DNA of 64,000 nt from an uncultured Verrucomicrobiae bacterium (GCA_963802965.1 CAWDKS010000003.1:274813-338812); one strand, 5' to 3'. Positions 48,513-58,614 are shown, counted from the first letter of the stretch. Notes: generated from the letters alone by a model not told the origin. Numbers and translations are program-made.

Positions 48513-49070
48513 TCAAAACGTCGTTGGGTTCGACGGCGCGGAGCCGGCGTCGGAGTTGGAACCGTCAACCGCGGGTGCGGCGCTTTCCGCCGTGCCCGCG
48601 GGCAATTCACCCCGCCCGGCCGGCTGCCATTCGTTTCCCTCCTGCCGCATCATGTCGCCGATCTTCATCTGCACCGTTTGTTTTTTGCCGGCGCTTTCCA
48701 GTTTGACCCCGGCGAGCGTGATTTCGGCCACCGTGTAGCCGGCGATGCCGTTGGTGTCCGATTGATAAAGCACCTTCCGCAGATCGGGATTGTTCCCGTC
48801 AAAAAACGCGAACATCCCCTTTTCGTAGCTCATCGTGCCGACCAGCGTGAACGCCGGCGCCGAGCGCGACACCCGCGGCCGATAGGCTGACCCGGTTGAC
48901 GACGAGCGCGGATAGCGGCTCGGATCAAATATGTTGCGCTCGGTGATGAACCGGCTGAAGGCCGGATAAGCCGCCGGGCCGGGCACGCCGTTCGATTGCG
49001 CGCCGGCGGAGAGGCCGTTCACCAGCGCGAGTGCCAGGACCAGCCATTTTTTAGGGTGCGTCGGTTTCAT
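48513..49070 (-). CDS. periplasmic T2SS accessory protein (GspC/PilP-like position)
   Basis: MKPTHPKKWLVLALALVNGLSAGAQ signal peptide. ATGA overlap with the upstream gene. The call is by operon position only. Confidence 0.5.
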   Translation of the reverse strand: MKPTHPKKWLVLALALVNGLSAGAQSNGVPGPAAYPAFSRFITERNIFDPSRYPRSSSTGSAYRPRVSRSAPAFTLVGTMSYEKGMFAFFDGNNPDLRKVLYQSDTNGIAGYTVAEITLAGVKLESAGKKQTVQMKIGDMMRQEGNEWQPAGRGELPAGTAESAAPAVDGSNSDAGSAPSNPTTF

Positions 49071-49603
49071 GGTTTCGTTTGCGGGATGAGCACCAGCCCG
49101 CTGATTTGCAGGCCGAGCGTGAGTTGCTGGCCGGTGTTGTCGTGCGCGCTCAACTCGACCGAATCGAGCTTCAACGCCGCCGGTCCTTTCTCGATGTTGT
49201 AAAGGAACTGGCTCAAGTTGCCGAGGTTGCCGGATGCCTCGACGCGGCAGTTGAGCGTCATGTAATTGGTCGAGTCGTTTTTCCACTGCGGCATGATGCT
49301 GCTGATGTCGGCCCCGGTGTCGCGCGACCAGTTGTCGAACGCCTTGAACACCTGCTGCTCGGCCAGCGACGTGTTGCCCGGCAGCGCGTTTATGCTCATT
49401 TCGCTCCAGCGGCTGCGGAGGCCCGCCTCGCGCTGGATCAAAAGTTTTCCTTCGCCGACCTTCGCGCGCAATTGCTTGATCTGCGCCGAGCGCGCCGACC
49501 ATAAATTGGCCAGCGGTTCGCCGATGAAATTGACGCCGACGAACAGCGCCGCCGCCCCGATGGTCAGCGCCACCAAAAACTGCTGGCGATTTTTAATTTT
49601 CAT
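49067..49603 (-). CDS. GspM/PilO-like bitopic protein
   Basis: MKIKNRQQFLVALTIGAAALFVGVNFI TM helix, then a coiled-coil and a ferredoxin-like tail. The ORF extends to 49633. Confidence 0.55.
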   Translation of the reverse strand: MKIKNRQQFLVALTIGAAALFVGVNFIGEPLANLWSARSAQIKQLRAKVGEGKLLIQREAGLRSRWSEMSINALPGNTSLAEQQVFKAFDNWSRDTGADISSIMPQWKNDSTNYMTLNCRVEASGNLGNLSQFLYNIEKGPAALKLDSVELSAHDNTGQQLTLGLQISGLVLIPQTKP

Positions 49604-51050
49604 TGGCGCCTCCGTTTCCGTATTGGAAATCAAACGTGAACTGCATCGGCGATTTGCCGTGAATCAGATCCACCTTCAAATGGCTTACGCCGTCCGCCGA
49701 CCGCAGCTTTGTGAGCGTCGCCAGCAGCGCCGCGTTGTCCCGCGCGTTGCCGGAGCAGCTCACCGTCTTGTCATTCTGAATTTCGATGGTTTTGGCCGTC
49801 ACGGCGCCGTCTTCGGGAAATGCCAGGGTCAGTTGCCGCAAAATTGCCAGATCGCGGAACGTGTCGTCGAACCACGGGCGGTATTGCTGGATTTGACCCT
49901 GCACGGTCTGAAGCTCCCCGACTTTCGCCGACATGGCCGACCACCGCGAGCGCAGCAGGATGAGTTCAAATTCCTGGAACAGAAACAATCCGCCGACCAG
50001 CGCCACGATGCCGGCGGCAATCGCGCCCGTCGTCCGCAGGCGGCCCGACGAGTATTTGGTGACGAACTGTTCGAGCAGCGTCGGCTTCGGCGGCAAAAAT
50101 TCAAACACCGGCGGTTGTCCCGCCAGCCAGCGCGCCGCCAGGCTGAAGGCCGGTGAAACTGAAGCTGCCGGCGGGAGCTGGACGCCAAATTCGTCCGGCG
50201 AATAGGCCGCGACGATTTCGACGCTCAATCCCATCGGCTCGAACCGCAATTCCATTTCATCCGCGAGCTGCTGCGCGAGCTCGCGCGGGCCAAAAATGCG
50301 GATGCGCTTGACCGTGTCGCGCAGTTCGACCGGCAACTGGCCGAGCGTGATGCGCGCCTCGCGCGCCACCAGGCCGGCCTGGAGATTGCGCCGCCCGGCC
50401 TCGTCTTCGATGGCGCCTTCCAGGCCGCGCAGGGCGGCCACGCCGCCGCCGCAGGTGATTTGCAGCGACACCTGGCTTTCGCCGATGGCGAGCGCGAGCA
50501 CGCCGTTGGAATTTTCCGCCGCCGGCGGCTGCAATGCCGCCAGTCCCAGCGCAAAGCTGGCCGGCTTTAATTTTGCCGCCGCCAAAACCCGTTCCAGCGC
50601 CGCGAGGTGGGCGTTGGGAATGCCCGCCAGCGTCACGTGCTGTTTGCCGCCGGACAGCGGACAGCGCGAATTTGCCAGCAACAGCGTGGCGACGTCACAG
50701 GGAAAACCGCGCTCCGCTTCCATTTGCAGCAGGCTCGCGGCGTCCGCCTCCGGCAGCGGCGGCAATTCCGTGTGCGCCGTCAGCACCCACTTCAGCGGCA
50801 CGCCGAGGACGCAGTGGCGTTCGCGCACACCGGCGGCGTCGAGCTGATTGCGAATCTCGCGTCCAACGAGTTCCGGCGCCGCCGTCAACGGATCAAGCGA
50901 GAGCATCACCGAAAAGGTCTGGTGGAGTTGGAGCGCGCCGTTGGTGCGGCGGAGCACCACGCCTTCCAGCCGGCTGCCGTCCAATGCCAGTCCCAGCACA
51001 CTGGTCAGCCGTTTGCGTCTTCGAAAATTTATTTTCAGCACGTTGTTCAT
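49593..51050 (-). CDS. GspL / PilM-PilN-like assembly protein
   Basis: 485 aa with a cytoplasmic actin-like domain, a single TM (GAIAAGIVALVGGLFLF) and a periplasmic PilN-like tail. Confidence 0.6.
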   Translation of the reverse strand: MNNVLKINFRRRKRLTSVLGLALDGSRLEGVVLRRTNGALQLHQTFSVMLSLDPLTAAPELVGREIRNQLDAAGVRERHCVLGVPLKWVLTAHTELPPLPEADAASLLQMEAERGFPCDVATLLLANSRCPLSGGKQHVTLAGIPNAHLAALERVLAAAKLKPASFALGLAALQPPAAENSNGVLALAIGESQVSLQITCGGGVAALRGLEGAIEDEAGRRNLQAGLVAREARITLGQLPVELRDTVKRIRIFGPRELAQQLADEMELRFEPMGLSVEIVAAYSPDEFGVQLPPAASVSPAFSLAARWLAGQPPVFEFLPPKPTLLEQFVTKYSSGRLRTTGAIAAGIVALVGGLFLFQEFELILLRSRWSAMSAKVGELQTVQGQIQQYRPWFDDTFRDLAILRQLTLAFPEDGAVTAKTIEIQNDKTVSCSGNARDNAALLATLTKLRSADGVSHLKVDLIHGKSPMQFTFDFQYGNGGANEN

Positions 51051-52414
51051 GGCGTTGCGTTTGCGACCCAGGTTTGGCGGACTTTTTCGCCGAGCGCCCA
51101 GCCGAGCCGGCTCAAGTCCTGACGGTAAAGAATGATCGGCGAACCGTCACTGGTGTCGAAAATGAATTTCACCCGCCGGTAACCGCGTCCAAACGGCCCG
51201 ACCGCCGCGATGTCGACGGTGAATTGAAAACTGCGCGTGGTGACGTAATCGCCGCGTTGCAACGCCGTGATCACGGGGTTGTTGTTGCCCAGCGCGTCCA
51301 TCAGCCATCCGATGGAATTGAGGTTGCCCGGATTTTGCTGGCGGTAGGCGATGAGCGATTGCGCCGCGCCCTCCGCCGTTTGCTCGTCCACGTTCAAGCC
51401 CTCGAACAGCGCGGTCAACACGTCGGCGCCGGCGGTGTTGACGTTCACGCGCCCGCGGAAATAGGTGTTGGTGCTGGTGGTCACGTCGTTGTAAATCTTT
51501 GCGAAATCCGCCTCGCTCATGCCCAGGTTGCGGCTGCGGACGGCTAGATCCAAAATGCCATTGTAGTATCTCGGTGGCGGCGGCGATCCCCGCACCGACG
51601 CATAAACGTCGTTACGAATGGCAGTGGCCATGGTGGCGGCGCTGCTGACGCCTTCATTCTCAAAAAACGCCTGTAACCGGGTTTCAGTCGCCGTGTTCAC
51701 GTTCGTCAGCGACGAGCCGTCGGAATGGAAATTCGGTTCGCGGGTATAGACCGTCGTGTATTCGAACAGGCCGTAATTCATTTCACCGGCGCTGCTCGAA
51801 CTCTTTTCGTTCGCGTCCAGCACGCCATTGCGGTTGAGGTCATCGCCGGCCAGCAGATCAACCGTTGCGCCATAAACCAGCCGCAGTTCGTCCACGGTTT
51901 CAAACGGCGCGTTCTTCGGCAGATAACCGAGCGACGCGTAATCCAGCGACACAATGCCGTTGGTGCCGCGCCAGTCCAGGATGGAGTTGGCAAAATCCGC
52001 CGTCATGTTCGGCAGATACGAAAGCACGTTGGTGTTGACCGTGTTCAAATTCAGCTTCGAGCCTTCGTCAATCAGGCCAAAGGCCGGCCCGGTGGGATTT
52101 TGGGCTGACGGATCCCGGCCGATGAGCCAGAAATGCGCGTCGCCCACCGGCACGGCTTCGCAGGCAAACTGGTTGGTGGCCGGCACCGCGCCGTTGGTCG
52201 CAAAATTCTGAAGCACGTAACCGACGTAACGCGCCGCGCCCTCGATGGCCTGGTCCGACGCGAGGCCGTTGACGCGGTTGTCCGACGCGCGCAACTCATA
52301 CGTCATTGTGTTGGCAAAATACAGCGCGATGCTCACCAGCCCGATGGCCACCCAAAGCACGATGATGAGGACGGAACCGTTTTGGGAATGCGAGGAACAT
52401 CCAATATTCACCAT
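51047..52414 (-). CDS. gspK: GspK-like minor pseudopilin
   Basis: GSVLIIVLWVAIGLVSIALYF, then VNVNTAGADVLTALF and NVNTATETRL helix-hairpin-helix-like repeats. The ORF extends to 52513 through a repeat element. Confidence 0.75.
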   Translation of the reverse strand: MVNIGCSSHSQNGSVLIIVLWVAIGLVSIALYFANTMTYELRASDNRVNGLASDQAIEGAARYVGYVLQNFATNGAVPATNQFACEAVPVGDAHFWLIGRDPSAQNPTGPAFGLIDEGSKLNLNTVNTNVLSYLPNMTADFANSILDWRGTNGIVSLDYASLGYLPKNAPFETVDELRLVYGATVDLLAGDDLNRNGVLDANEKSSSSAGEMNYGLFEYTTVYTREPNFHSDGSSLTNVNTATETRLQAFFENEGVSSAATMATAIRNDVYASVRGSPPPPRYYNGILDLAVRSRNLGMSEADFAKIYNDVTTSTNTYFRGRVNVNTAGADVLTALFEGLNVDEQTAEGAAQSLIAYRQQNPGNLNSIGWLMDALGNNNPVITALQRGDYVTTRSFQFTVDIAAVGPFGRGYRRVKFIFDTSDGSPIILYRQDLSRLGWALGEKVRQTWVANATP

Positions 52415-52502
52415 TGAACTTCCAACATCGAATGAACACACGCTCCGGACGCGTTTGGACGCCGGGCGTTGAATGTTGAACGTTGAATGTTGAATGTTCA
52501 TT

Positions 52503-53246
52503 TCAGCTTCCACTCGTCGTGGTTAAAACCATGTTCGTGCGCGACTGCGAATCAATCGGCACAACCATTTCAATCGGTTCCGCCGTCGCGCCGCCATTGC
52601 CCGACATTTGAATGTCCACGCGGACGGCGGACGGCAGGTTCGTGTTCATCGAGGTCAGGCCGGTGGTGTCCCAGGTGTCCTGCCATTGCGAGCCGTCAAA
52701 GCAGGAAAATTTGATGCTCGCCACGCCGCTCAGCATGAGCTGGTCTTCCACTTCCGGCGTCGTCAGGGTCAACAGATTCCGCGTGACGCTGCGGACCAAA
52801 TCCCGGCCGGTGGCGGAGCGGTCGGCCGGCTGCCTCAACTCGTAGGTGACGCGCTGGATGTCGGCCCACGGCGCGTTGACGCCCAACGCGCCGGTCGCGG
52901 TGAACATCTCGATCGCCACCGGTTCGGGCACGCCGGGACTGGTCACGTCGCCGACCTTGAAATCGCCGGACAGAACCTTGCTCGTCCCGTTGGTCGGCGT
53001 CACGGCGCACTGCAAATCGCGGCGCAAAAACGTGACCGTCTGATCCACCGGCCCGGCCGCGTCCACGACATCGCTTGTCGCCTCGCGCAGACGCAGCGCG
53101 GCAAACAGCACGGCGTTGACGGCGATCAGCACAATGGCCGCGACGCCGATGGCGAGAACCATCTCAATCAGCGTGAACGCGTGGCACGGCGTTGAAGCGT
53201 TGAAGCGTTGAAGCGTTGAAGTGGGCAACGTGCGGCCACGCTGCAT
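52503..53246 (-). CDS. GspJ-like minor pseudopilin
   Basis: ...STLQRFNASTPCHA-FTLIEMVLAIGVAAIVL. Start uncertain (ATG 53246 or 53300). Confidence 0.65.
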   Translation of the reverse strand: MQRGRTLPTSTLQRFNASTPCHAFTLIEMVLAIGVAAIVLIAVNAVLFAALRLREATSDVVDAAGPVDQTVTFLRRDLQCAVTPTNGTSKVLSGDFKVGDVTSPGVPEPVAIEMFTATGALGVNAPWADIQRVTYELRQPADRSATGRDLVRSVTRNLLTLTTPEVEDQLMLSGVASIKFSCFDGSQWQDTWDTTGLTSMNTNLPSAVRVDIQMSGNGGATAEPIEMVVPIDSQSRTNMVLTTTSGS

Positions 53247-53299
53247 CGTTTCAACGCTGCATCGCTCCAACGGCCTATCTTTTTTTGTTTCAATTTTCA

Positions 53300-53806
53300 C
53301 TATCGCAAACTCATGGTTGTCGTCGCGGGCTGGTTCTGCAAATTCGCCAGCGTGCTCAGTTGCACCGAGTAATCCCTGCCCTGCGCCTGGAACGTCACTT
53401 GCGCCGTCAGCAGTTGCATCGGACCCTGCGGCCAGGCCTGGCTGGACAGCGTCCAGCGGAAATCCAGCGCGCCTTCCGACACCGTTCCGTTTTGCACGCC
53501 GTTGTTCCAGTTGGTCATGACGAGGCTCTCGTTCAAAATCCGGTCGGCAATACGCGCCGCCGCGCCCTTCCGCGCCGCAACCTCGCCCGCGCGGCTGGAG
53601 ACGTGCAGCGCCTCCACCGCCACCGGAATGACGATGGCGAGGAACAGCATCGCCGCCAGCACCTCGGCCAGCGTGAACGCCTGGGAGCGCCGGCTTCCAG
53701 CCGGCGTGTTTCGCAGGTCACAAAACTGCAACTCGCCGGCTGGAAGCCGGCGCTCCCGGAAACACGGCGTCGCAAAATGCTTATTGTTTCGTGTCGCGAA
53801 TTTCAT
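53300..53806 (-). CDS. GspI-like minor pseudopilin
   Basis: ...RRSQA-FTLAEVLAAMLFLAIVIPV. Start uncertain (ATG 53806 or TTG 53731). A 24-bp perfect inverted repeat (53683-53706 / 53734-53757) lies in the 5' part. Confidence 0.65.
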   Translation of the reverse strand: MKFATRNNKHFATPCFRERRLPAGELQFCDLRNTPAGSRRSQAFTLAEVLAAMLFLAIVIPVAVEALHVSSRAGEVAARKGAAARIADRILNESLVMTNWNNGVQNGTVSEGALDFRWTLSSQAWPQGPMQLLTAQVTFQAQGRDYSVQLSTLANLQNQPATTTMSLR

Positions 53807-54377
53807 AACCCGTGTGGTTGCGCGTTTCGATCAGCCAGCGCGAAACGCCGGCGGAGTCCGTCAATTGCAGCGTCTGCGGACTGTTTTCATCCACCGTGCC
53901 ATCCGCCAGAAAACGGATGGCCGGCAAATTGTTGAAAGTTGTCGGCGTGCCCGAACCAGTATTCAGCACCGCGATTTGCAGCGTTGAATCCACCGGCAAA
54001 GTTTCCGCCTTCGGGTCGCCGGTCTTGCCGGTTGTTTCCGCTTCGAGTCCGTAGGCGCCCTGTTTTTCGTCCACCCAAAGCACCATCGGCAGGCCCTCCG
54101 AAACCGCGCGGCTCTGGCCGGCGTGCATCAGCGCGAACAGCCGCCGCGCCTCGGAATCCAGCGCGCGGCCGCGGATGAAATTCGCCATCGCCGGCGCGGC
54201 GAGCGACGTGATGACGACCAGCAACGCCAGAACGAGGGTCAACTCGATCAGGGTGAAGGCCCGACGAAGCGTTGAAGCGTTGAAGCGTTGAAGTGTTGAA
54301 ACGGAAAAAGCGCCGTCCCGCTGCAACGCTGGAACGTTGCAACACTTCAACAGGGCATTTCGCTTCAACAATTTCAT
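53781..54377 (-). CDS. GspH-like minor pseudopilin
   Basis: ...STLQRFNASTLRRA-FTLIELTLVLALLVV. Confidence 0.7.
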   Translation of the reverse strand: MKLLKRNALLKCCNVPALQRDGAFSVSTLQRFNASTLRRAFTLIELTLVLALLVVITSLAAPAMANFIRGRALDSEARRLFALMHAGQSRAVSEGLPMVLWVDEKQGAYGLEAETTGKTGDPKAETLPVDSTLQIAVLNTGSGTPTTFNNLPAIRFLADGTVDENSPQTLQLTDSAGVSRWLIETRNHTGYEIRDTKQ

Positions 54378-54884
54378 TCACTTTGTCCAGTTGCCAATGT
54401 CATCGTCCGTTCCTTCCTTGCCGTCGGGGCCGACCGACAGCAGATCGTAGCCGGTGGGGTTGTGCTTGCCGGGATAATAATAGACGTAGGGATTGCCCCA
54501 CGGGTCCATGGGAAGCGTGGCCGGATCCAGATAGGGTCCATGCCAGTTCCGGGCATTGCTCGGCTGCTGGATCAAGTCCTGCAGGCTCTTGGGATAAAAG
54601 CCGTTGTCCACCTCGTAAGAGTCGAGCGCGGTTTTGATCCCCCCGAAAATATCGGCGCGCGCCGCCGTCTCCCGCGCCTGTTCGCTTTTGCCCGCAATTT
54701 TGGGAATCACCAATGCCGCGAGGATGCCGATGATGGTGACGACCAGCATCAATTCGACGAGCGTGAAGGCGCGGCGGAAAATTGTATCGGAGGGGCGAGT
54801 TCCACGAGCCCCTGAAATTTTGTTCCAGTTAGTCAGGGACTCGCAGAGCTCGTCCCTCCGAAGATTTTGGATTTCGATTTTCAT
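54378..54884 (-). CDS. gspG: major pseudopilin GspG
   Basis: [27 protein letters not shown]...YPKSLQDL...DPWGNPYVYYYPGKHNPTGYDLLSVGPDGKEGTDDDIGNW. Confidence 0.9.
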   Translation of the reverse strand: MKIEIQNLRRDELCESLTNWNKISGARGTRPSDTIFRRAFTLVELMLVVTIIGILAALVIPKIAGKSEQARETAARADIFGGIKTALDSYEVDNGFYPKSLQDLIQQPSNARNWHGPYLDPATLPMDPWGNPYVYYYPGKHNPTGYDLLSVGPDGKEGTDDDIGNWTK

Positions 54885-54897
54885 AATTGTTTGTTTT

Positions 54898-56166
54898 TCA
54901 TTTGATGTATTCGCTCATCGAGAGCACCGGCAGCAACATGCCGATGAAAATGGTGCCGATGAACGCAGCGATCAAAAACAGCATCACCGGCTCGGCGAAC
55001 GCCACGGCGGTCTTCAGGTTGCGGTCCAAGTCTCCCTCGGTGACGGCGGCAATGCGCACCAGCTCGCCGTCGAGCTTGCCGCTCTCTTCCGCGACGGAGA
55101 TCATTTCCAGCGTGGAACTGGAGAAAAGCCGTTTGCAATCCGCGAGGCTCTGGCCGAGCCGTCCGCCCTGCTGCACGCGCTCGATGGACTGGCCGACGGC
55201 GTCCACGAGAATCTGGTTGCCGATGGAGCGGCGCGAAACATTCAGGCCTTGCACGAGCGGCACACCGGCGCCGATCAAGGTGCCCAGCATCCGGCAGAAA
55301 CGCGCCATCGCAAACTGCGCGATGAGCGGGCCGACCAGCGGCGTTTTCAAAACGATGCCTTCCCACGTGCGCTTGCCTTTTTCCGAGGCGAACCAGGCGC
55401 GCACGAAAAAGCCGATGGCCACGAAACCCACCAGGACAAACAATCCGTAGGAGCGCACCAGATGGCTGGCGCCGATGATGAGTTGCGTAATCAACGGCAG
55501 CGAACCGTGGAGGCTTACAAAAACCTTCTGAAACCTCGGAATGAAAAATATCAGCAGCACCGTCAGCACGACCAGCGCGAGGCAGAACAGAATGCACGGA
55601 TAAATCATCGCGGTGACGACCTTCGATTTCAGCTCCTTTTCGCGCGACTGAAATTCCGCGATCTGCGCCAGCACCACGTCGAGGAACCCGCCCGCCTCGC
55701 CCGCCTCGACCATCGCCACATAAACCCGCGGAAAAGTGTCCGGCGATTTCCCCATCGCGTCGGCCAGCGACATGCCGTCCACGACGAGGTCGTGGATTTC
55801 CTTCCACTTGGCCTGCGCCGCCGGCGACGAGGCTTCCTTGTGCAGAATCACCAGCGCGCGGCTCAACGGCACGCCCGCCGCGAGCAAACTTGAAAGCAAT
55901 CGCGTGAAGTTTTCCAGTTCCTTCGCCGAAACCTTGTGCGACCCGAACTTGAAGGAAATTTTCCCCAGACCTTCCAGCCCGGCGGGCAGCCCGGCGCCAT
56001 TTTTTGCGATCGAGCCGTTTTTCGCGCCGGCTTTTTCCGCGAGGTTGACCGGACGCAGGCCGAGCGATTCCATTTGCCGCAGCGCGTCGGGGCGGCCGGG
56101 GGCGTCAAGCTGCCCCTCGGCAATCTTGCCGTCGGCCTGCAAACCTTTGTATGAAAACGTGGGCAT
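54898..56166 (-). CDS. gspF: type II secretion system inner-membrane platform protein GspF
   Basis: From MPTFSYKGLQADGK. Two T2SSF repeats (MVEAGEAGGFLD and VAEESGKLDGEL) and three TM segments. Confidence 0.9.
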   Translation of the reverse strand: MPTFSYKGLQADGKIAEGQLDAPGRPDALRQMESLGLRPVNLAEKAGAKNGSIAKNGAGLPAGLEGLGKISFKFGSHKVSAKELENFTRLLSSLLAAGVPLSRALVILHKEASSPAAQAKWKEIHDLVVDGMSLADAMGKSPDTFPRVYVAMVEAGEAGGFLDVVLAQIAEFQSREKELKSKVVTAMIYPCILFCLALVVLTVLLIFFIPRFQKVFVSLHGSLPLITQLIIGASHLVRSYGLFVLVGFVAIGFFVRAWFASEKGKRTWEGIVLKTPLVGPLIAQFAMARFCRMLGTLIGAGVPLVQGLNVSRRSIGNQILVDAVGQSIERVQQGGRLGQSLADCKRLFSSSTLEMISVAEESGKLDGELVRIAAVTEGDLDRNLKTAVAFAEPVMLFLIAAFIGTIFIGMLLPVLSMSEYIK

Positions 56167-56181
56167 TTGAAATTCAGGAAA

Positions 56182-56273
56182 ACATCCAACAACGAACATC
56201 CAACAACGAACATCCAATGCACGGAAAGCCACCGCCATTGGGCGTTGGATGTTGGATGTTGGATGTTGGATGT
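56182..56273. repeat. simple-sequence hairpin (CATCCAA / TTGGATG units) between gspE and gspF
   Basis: acatccaacaacgaacatccaacaacgaacatccaatgc ... gcgttggatgttggatgttggatgttggatgt. Confidence 0.7.
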
Positions 56274-56287
56274 GACCAATTCATATT

Positions 56288-58027
56288 TCATCTCGCCGCC
56301 GCAATGCCCGCGGCGGAACCGCCCGTTTGATTTTTGGTCGCGCTCTCGACTTCCTTCGCCGTCGTCACGCTCAAAACCTCCTCGACGGTCGTGATGCCGG
56401 CCGCGACCAGACGCCAGCCGTCCTCGGCGAGCGTGCGCATTCCGGCCTTGCGCGCGGCGGCGCGAATCTGGTCGGTCGAGGCGCTTTTCAAAATCAACTG
56501 GCGGATTTCCTCGTCGGTGTCCATCCATTCAAATATCGCGTGCCGGCCAAAGAAGCCGGTGTTGCGGCACTCGCGGCAGCCGACGGATTTAAAAATCGTT
56601 TTGTCCGCCGCGATGCCCAGTTTCGCCTTGAATGCCTGTGCCGTCGCGGAATTGTCCGGCTGCTTGCAGTGCGGACACAGCACGCGGACGAGCCGTTGCG
56701 CCAGCACGGCTTCGAGCGACGAGGCGACGAGATACGGTTCGACGCCCATGTCCACGAGCCGCGTGAGCGCGCCGGGCGCGTCGTTCGTGTGCAGCGTGGA
56801 AAAAACCAGGTGGCCGGTGAGCGAGGCCTGCACCGCAATCTGCGCGGTCTCGGCGTCGCGGATTTCGCCGATGAGTATCACGTCCGGGTCGTGGCGCAAA
56901 ATCGAGCGCAGCCCGCGCGCGAAGGTGAGGCCGGACTTTTCGTTGACCTGGATCTGGTTCACGCCCTTGAGCTGGTATTCCACCGGGTCTTCCACCGTGA
57001 TGATTTTGCGGACGGCGTCGTTGATCTCGTTCAGCGCGGTGTAGAGGGTGGAAGTTTTGCCACTGCCAGTCGGGCCGGTGACGAGGATGATTCCGTGCGG
57101 CAGACCGAGGACGTGCTGGAAATGATCCAGTTCGCGCCGGTTCATGCCGATTTCGCCGAGACCGCGCAGTGTGGAATTTTGCCGGAGCAGACGCATCACG
57201 ACCGCCTCGCCGTGCAGCATCGGAATCACCGAGACGCGGATGTCCACCTCGGCGTCATCGAGACGAATCTTGATGCGGCCGTCCTGCGGCAGGCGTTTTT
57301 CGGCGATGTTGAGATGGCTCAAAATTTTGACGCGTGAAACGATGGCCGGCTGGAAACGCTTCAATTGCGCGGGAACGGAAACCTCCTGCAACTCGCCGTC
57401 AATGCGGTAGCGGATACGGAATTCGTCCTCGAACGGCTCAAGATGGATGTCCGACGCGCGCAGTTCGATGGCGTCCTTCAAAACCTGGTTGACGAAGCGG
57501 ATGATGGATGCCTCGTCCTCGGCGGCTTCGTCCAGATTGGTGTCCTCGGCGTTGTCATCAACGACTTGAAAACCTTTTTCCTCGTCGAGCGTGCCGATGG
57601 TGTCCGCGCCGACGCCGAGGCGCTTTTTGATTTCGCGCTGGATGGCTTCGCTGGAAGCGAGGACGGGCTTGAGGTTCAAGCCCGTCAACGTTTTGAGCGC
57701 GTCGAGTCCCTGCGTGGCGAAGAGCCGGCTGGTGGCGACCTCCACCATGCCGTTGAGGCGCTTGAGCGGAAGGAGTTCCTCCTTCAGCAAAATGCGCGCG
57801 GGAAAAAGCGAGAGAAGCTGGCGGTCCGGCTCGACGTCGTCCAGCGTCGTGTAAGCAACGCCGTATTCCCTGGCCAGCCAGCGGAGAACCTCCTCCTCAT
57901 TTTGCACGGGCGGACTGGCGCCGGCCAAAGCCGCCGCGTCGGTCGCGGACAATTGCTTGGCGGCGACCATGCGCTCCAGCAACTGCTTCAACGGTGAATC
58001 CTGGAGGGAGGTTTCGCTCATGTTCAA
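56288..58027 (-). CDS. gspE: type II secretion ATPase GspE
   Basis: Walker A GPTGSGKTST, Asp box, Walker B ILIGEIRD, His box, and the tetracysteine CPHC...CRECRNTG. Confidence 0.92.
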   Translation of the reverse strand: MNMSETSLQDSPLKQLLERMVAAKQLSATDAAALAGASPPVQNEEEVLRWLAREYGVAYTTLDDVEPDRQLLSLFPARILLKEELLPLKRLNGMVEVATSRLFATQGLDALKTLTGLNLKPVLASSEAIQREIKKRLGVGADTIGTLDEEKGFQVVDDNAEDTNLDEAAEDEASIIRFVNQVLKDAIELRASDIHLEPFEDEFRIRYRIDGELQEVSVPAQLKRFQPAIVSRVKILSHLNIAEKRLPQDGRIKIRLDDAEVDIRVSVIPMLHGEAVVMRLLRQNSTLRGLGEIGMNRRELDHFQHVLGLPHGIILVTGPTGSGKTSTLYTALNEINDAVRKIITVEDPVEYQLKGVNQIQVNEKSGLTFARGLRSILRHDPDVILIGEIRDAETAQIAVQASLTGHLVFSTLHTNDAPGALTRLVDMGVEPYLVASSLEAVLAQRLVRVLCPHCKQPDNSATAQAFKAKLGIAADKTIFKSVGCRECRNTGFFGRHAIFEWMDTDEEIRQLILKSASTDQIRAAARKAGMRTLAEDGWRLVAAGITTVEEVLSVTTAKEVESATKNQTGGSAAGIAAAR

Positions 58028-58059
58028 AGGCCAGCTTCTCTCGGGTGTGTTTGGATTCG

Positions 58060-58614
58060 TTACGGGAGCAATCCCAGCAAAGTGGCCTGGGCTTCCTGTT
58101 TCACGGTCAGCACCTTGCGAAGGTCTTCCTGCGCCTGGACCAGCTTGGCCTGTTTGGCCTTCTGCGAGGCCTCATATTTCGCCAGCGCGTCCTTGATCTG
58201 CGCGGCGGGTGCGTTGGCATCAATCGCATTTTGCAGGGACTCGGCCTCGGGGCTGGGTGTCTGGCCAAATCCGCCGCGGCCGCCACCAGGCCCGCCATTG
58301 CCGCCGCGGTTGCGGCCGAACATGCGGCCCATTCCGCCGCCGAAACCGACATCGCGGCGCGCGTCCGTCACTTTTTGAATCAGCGGCTGGACGGCGTTCC
58401 AGTCGGTGTCGTTGGTATAGCCGAGTTGATCCCGGATGTTGTCCATCATGCGTTGCTGGAACTGGGCGGGGTCAAAATTCCCGCGGCCGGGGCGTCCTCC
58501 GCCTCCGCCTCCGCCTCCATTTCCGCCGTTGTCATTTTGCGCGGAGACAGTGCCGGCGCCCAACATCAGGGCGGCGGCGACCCCGCAGATTGTTAACAGT
58601 TGATTCACTTTCAT
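58060..58614 (-). CDS. periplasmic Gly-rich protein with Spy/CpxP-like LTXXQ motif
   Basis: MKVNQLLTICGVAAALMLGAGTVSAQ signal peptide, NGGNGGGGGGGGRPGRG and VLTVKQEAQATLLGLL. It is the first gene behind the sigma-54 promoter. Confidence 0.55.
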   Translation of the reverse strand: MKVNQLLTICGVAAALMLGAGTVSAQNDNGGNGGGGGGGGRPGRGNFDPAQFQQRMMDNIRDQLGYTNDTDWNAVQPLIQKVTDARRDVGFGGGMGRMFGRNRGGNGGPGGGRGGFGQTPSPEAESLQNAIDANAPAAQIKDALAKYEASQKAKQAKLVQAQEDLRKVLTVKQEAQATLLGLLP

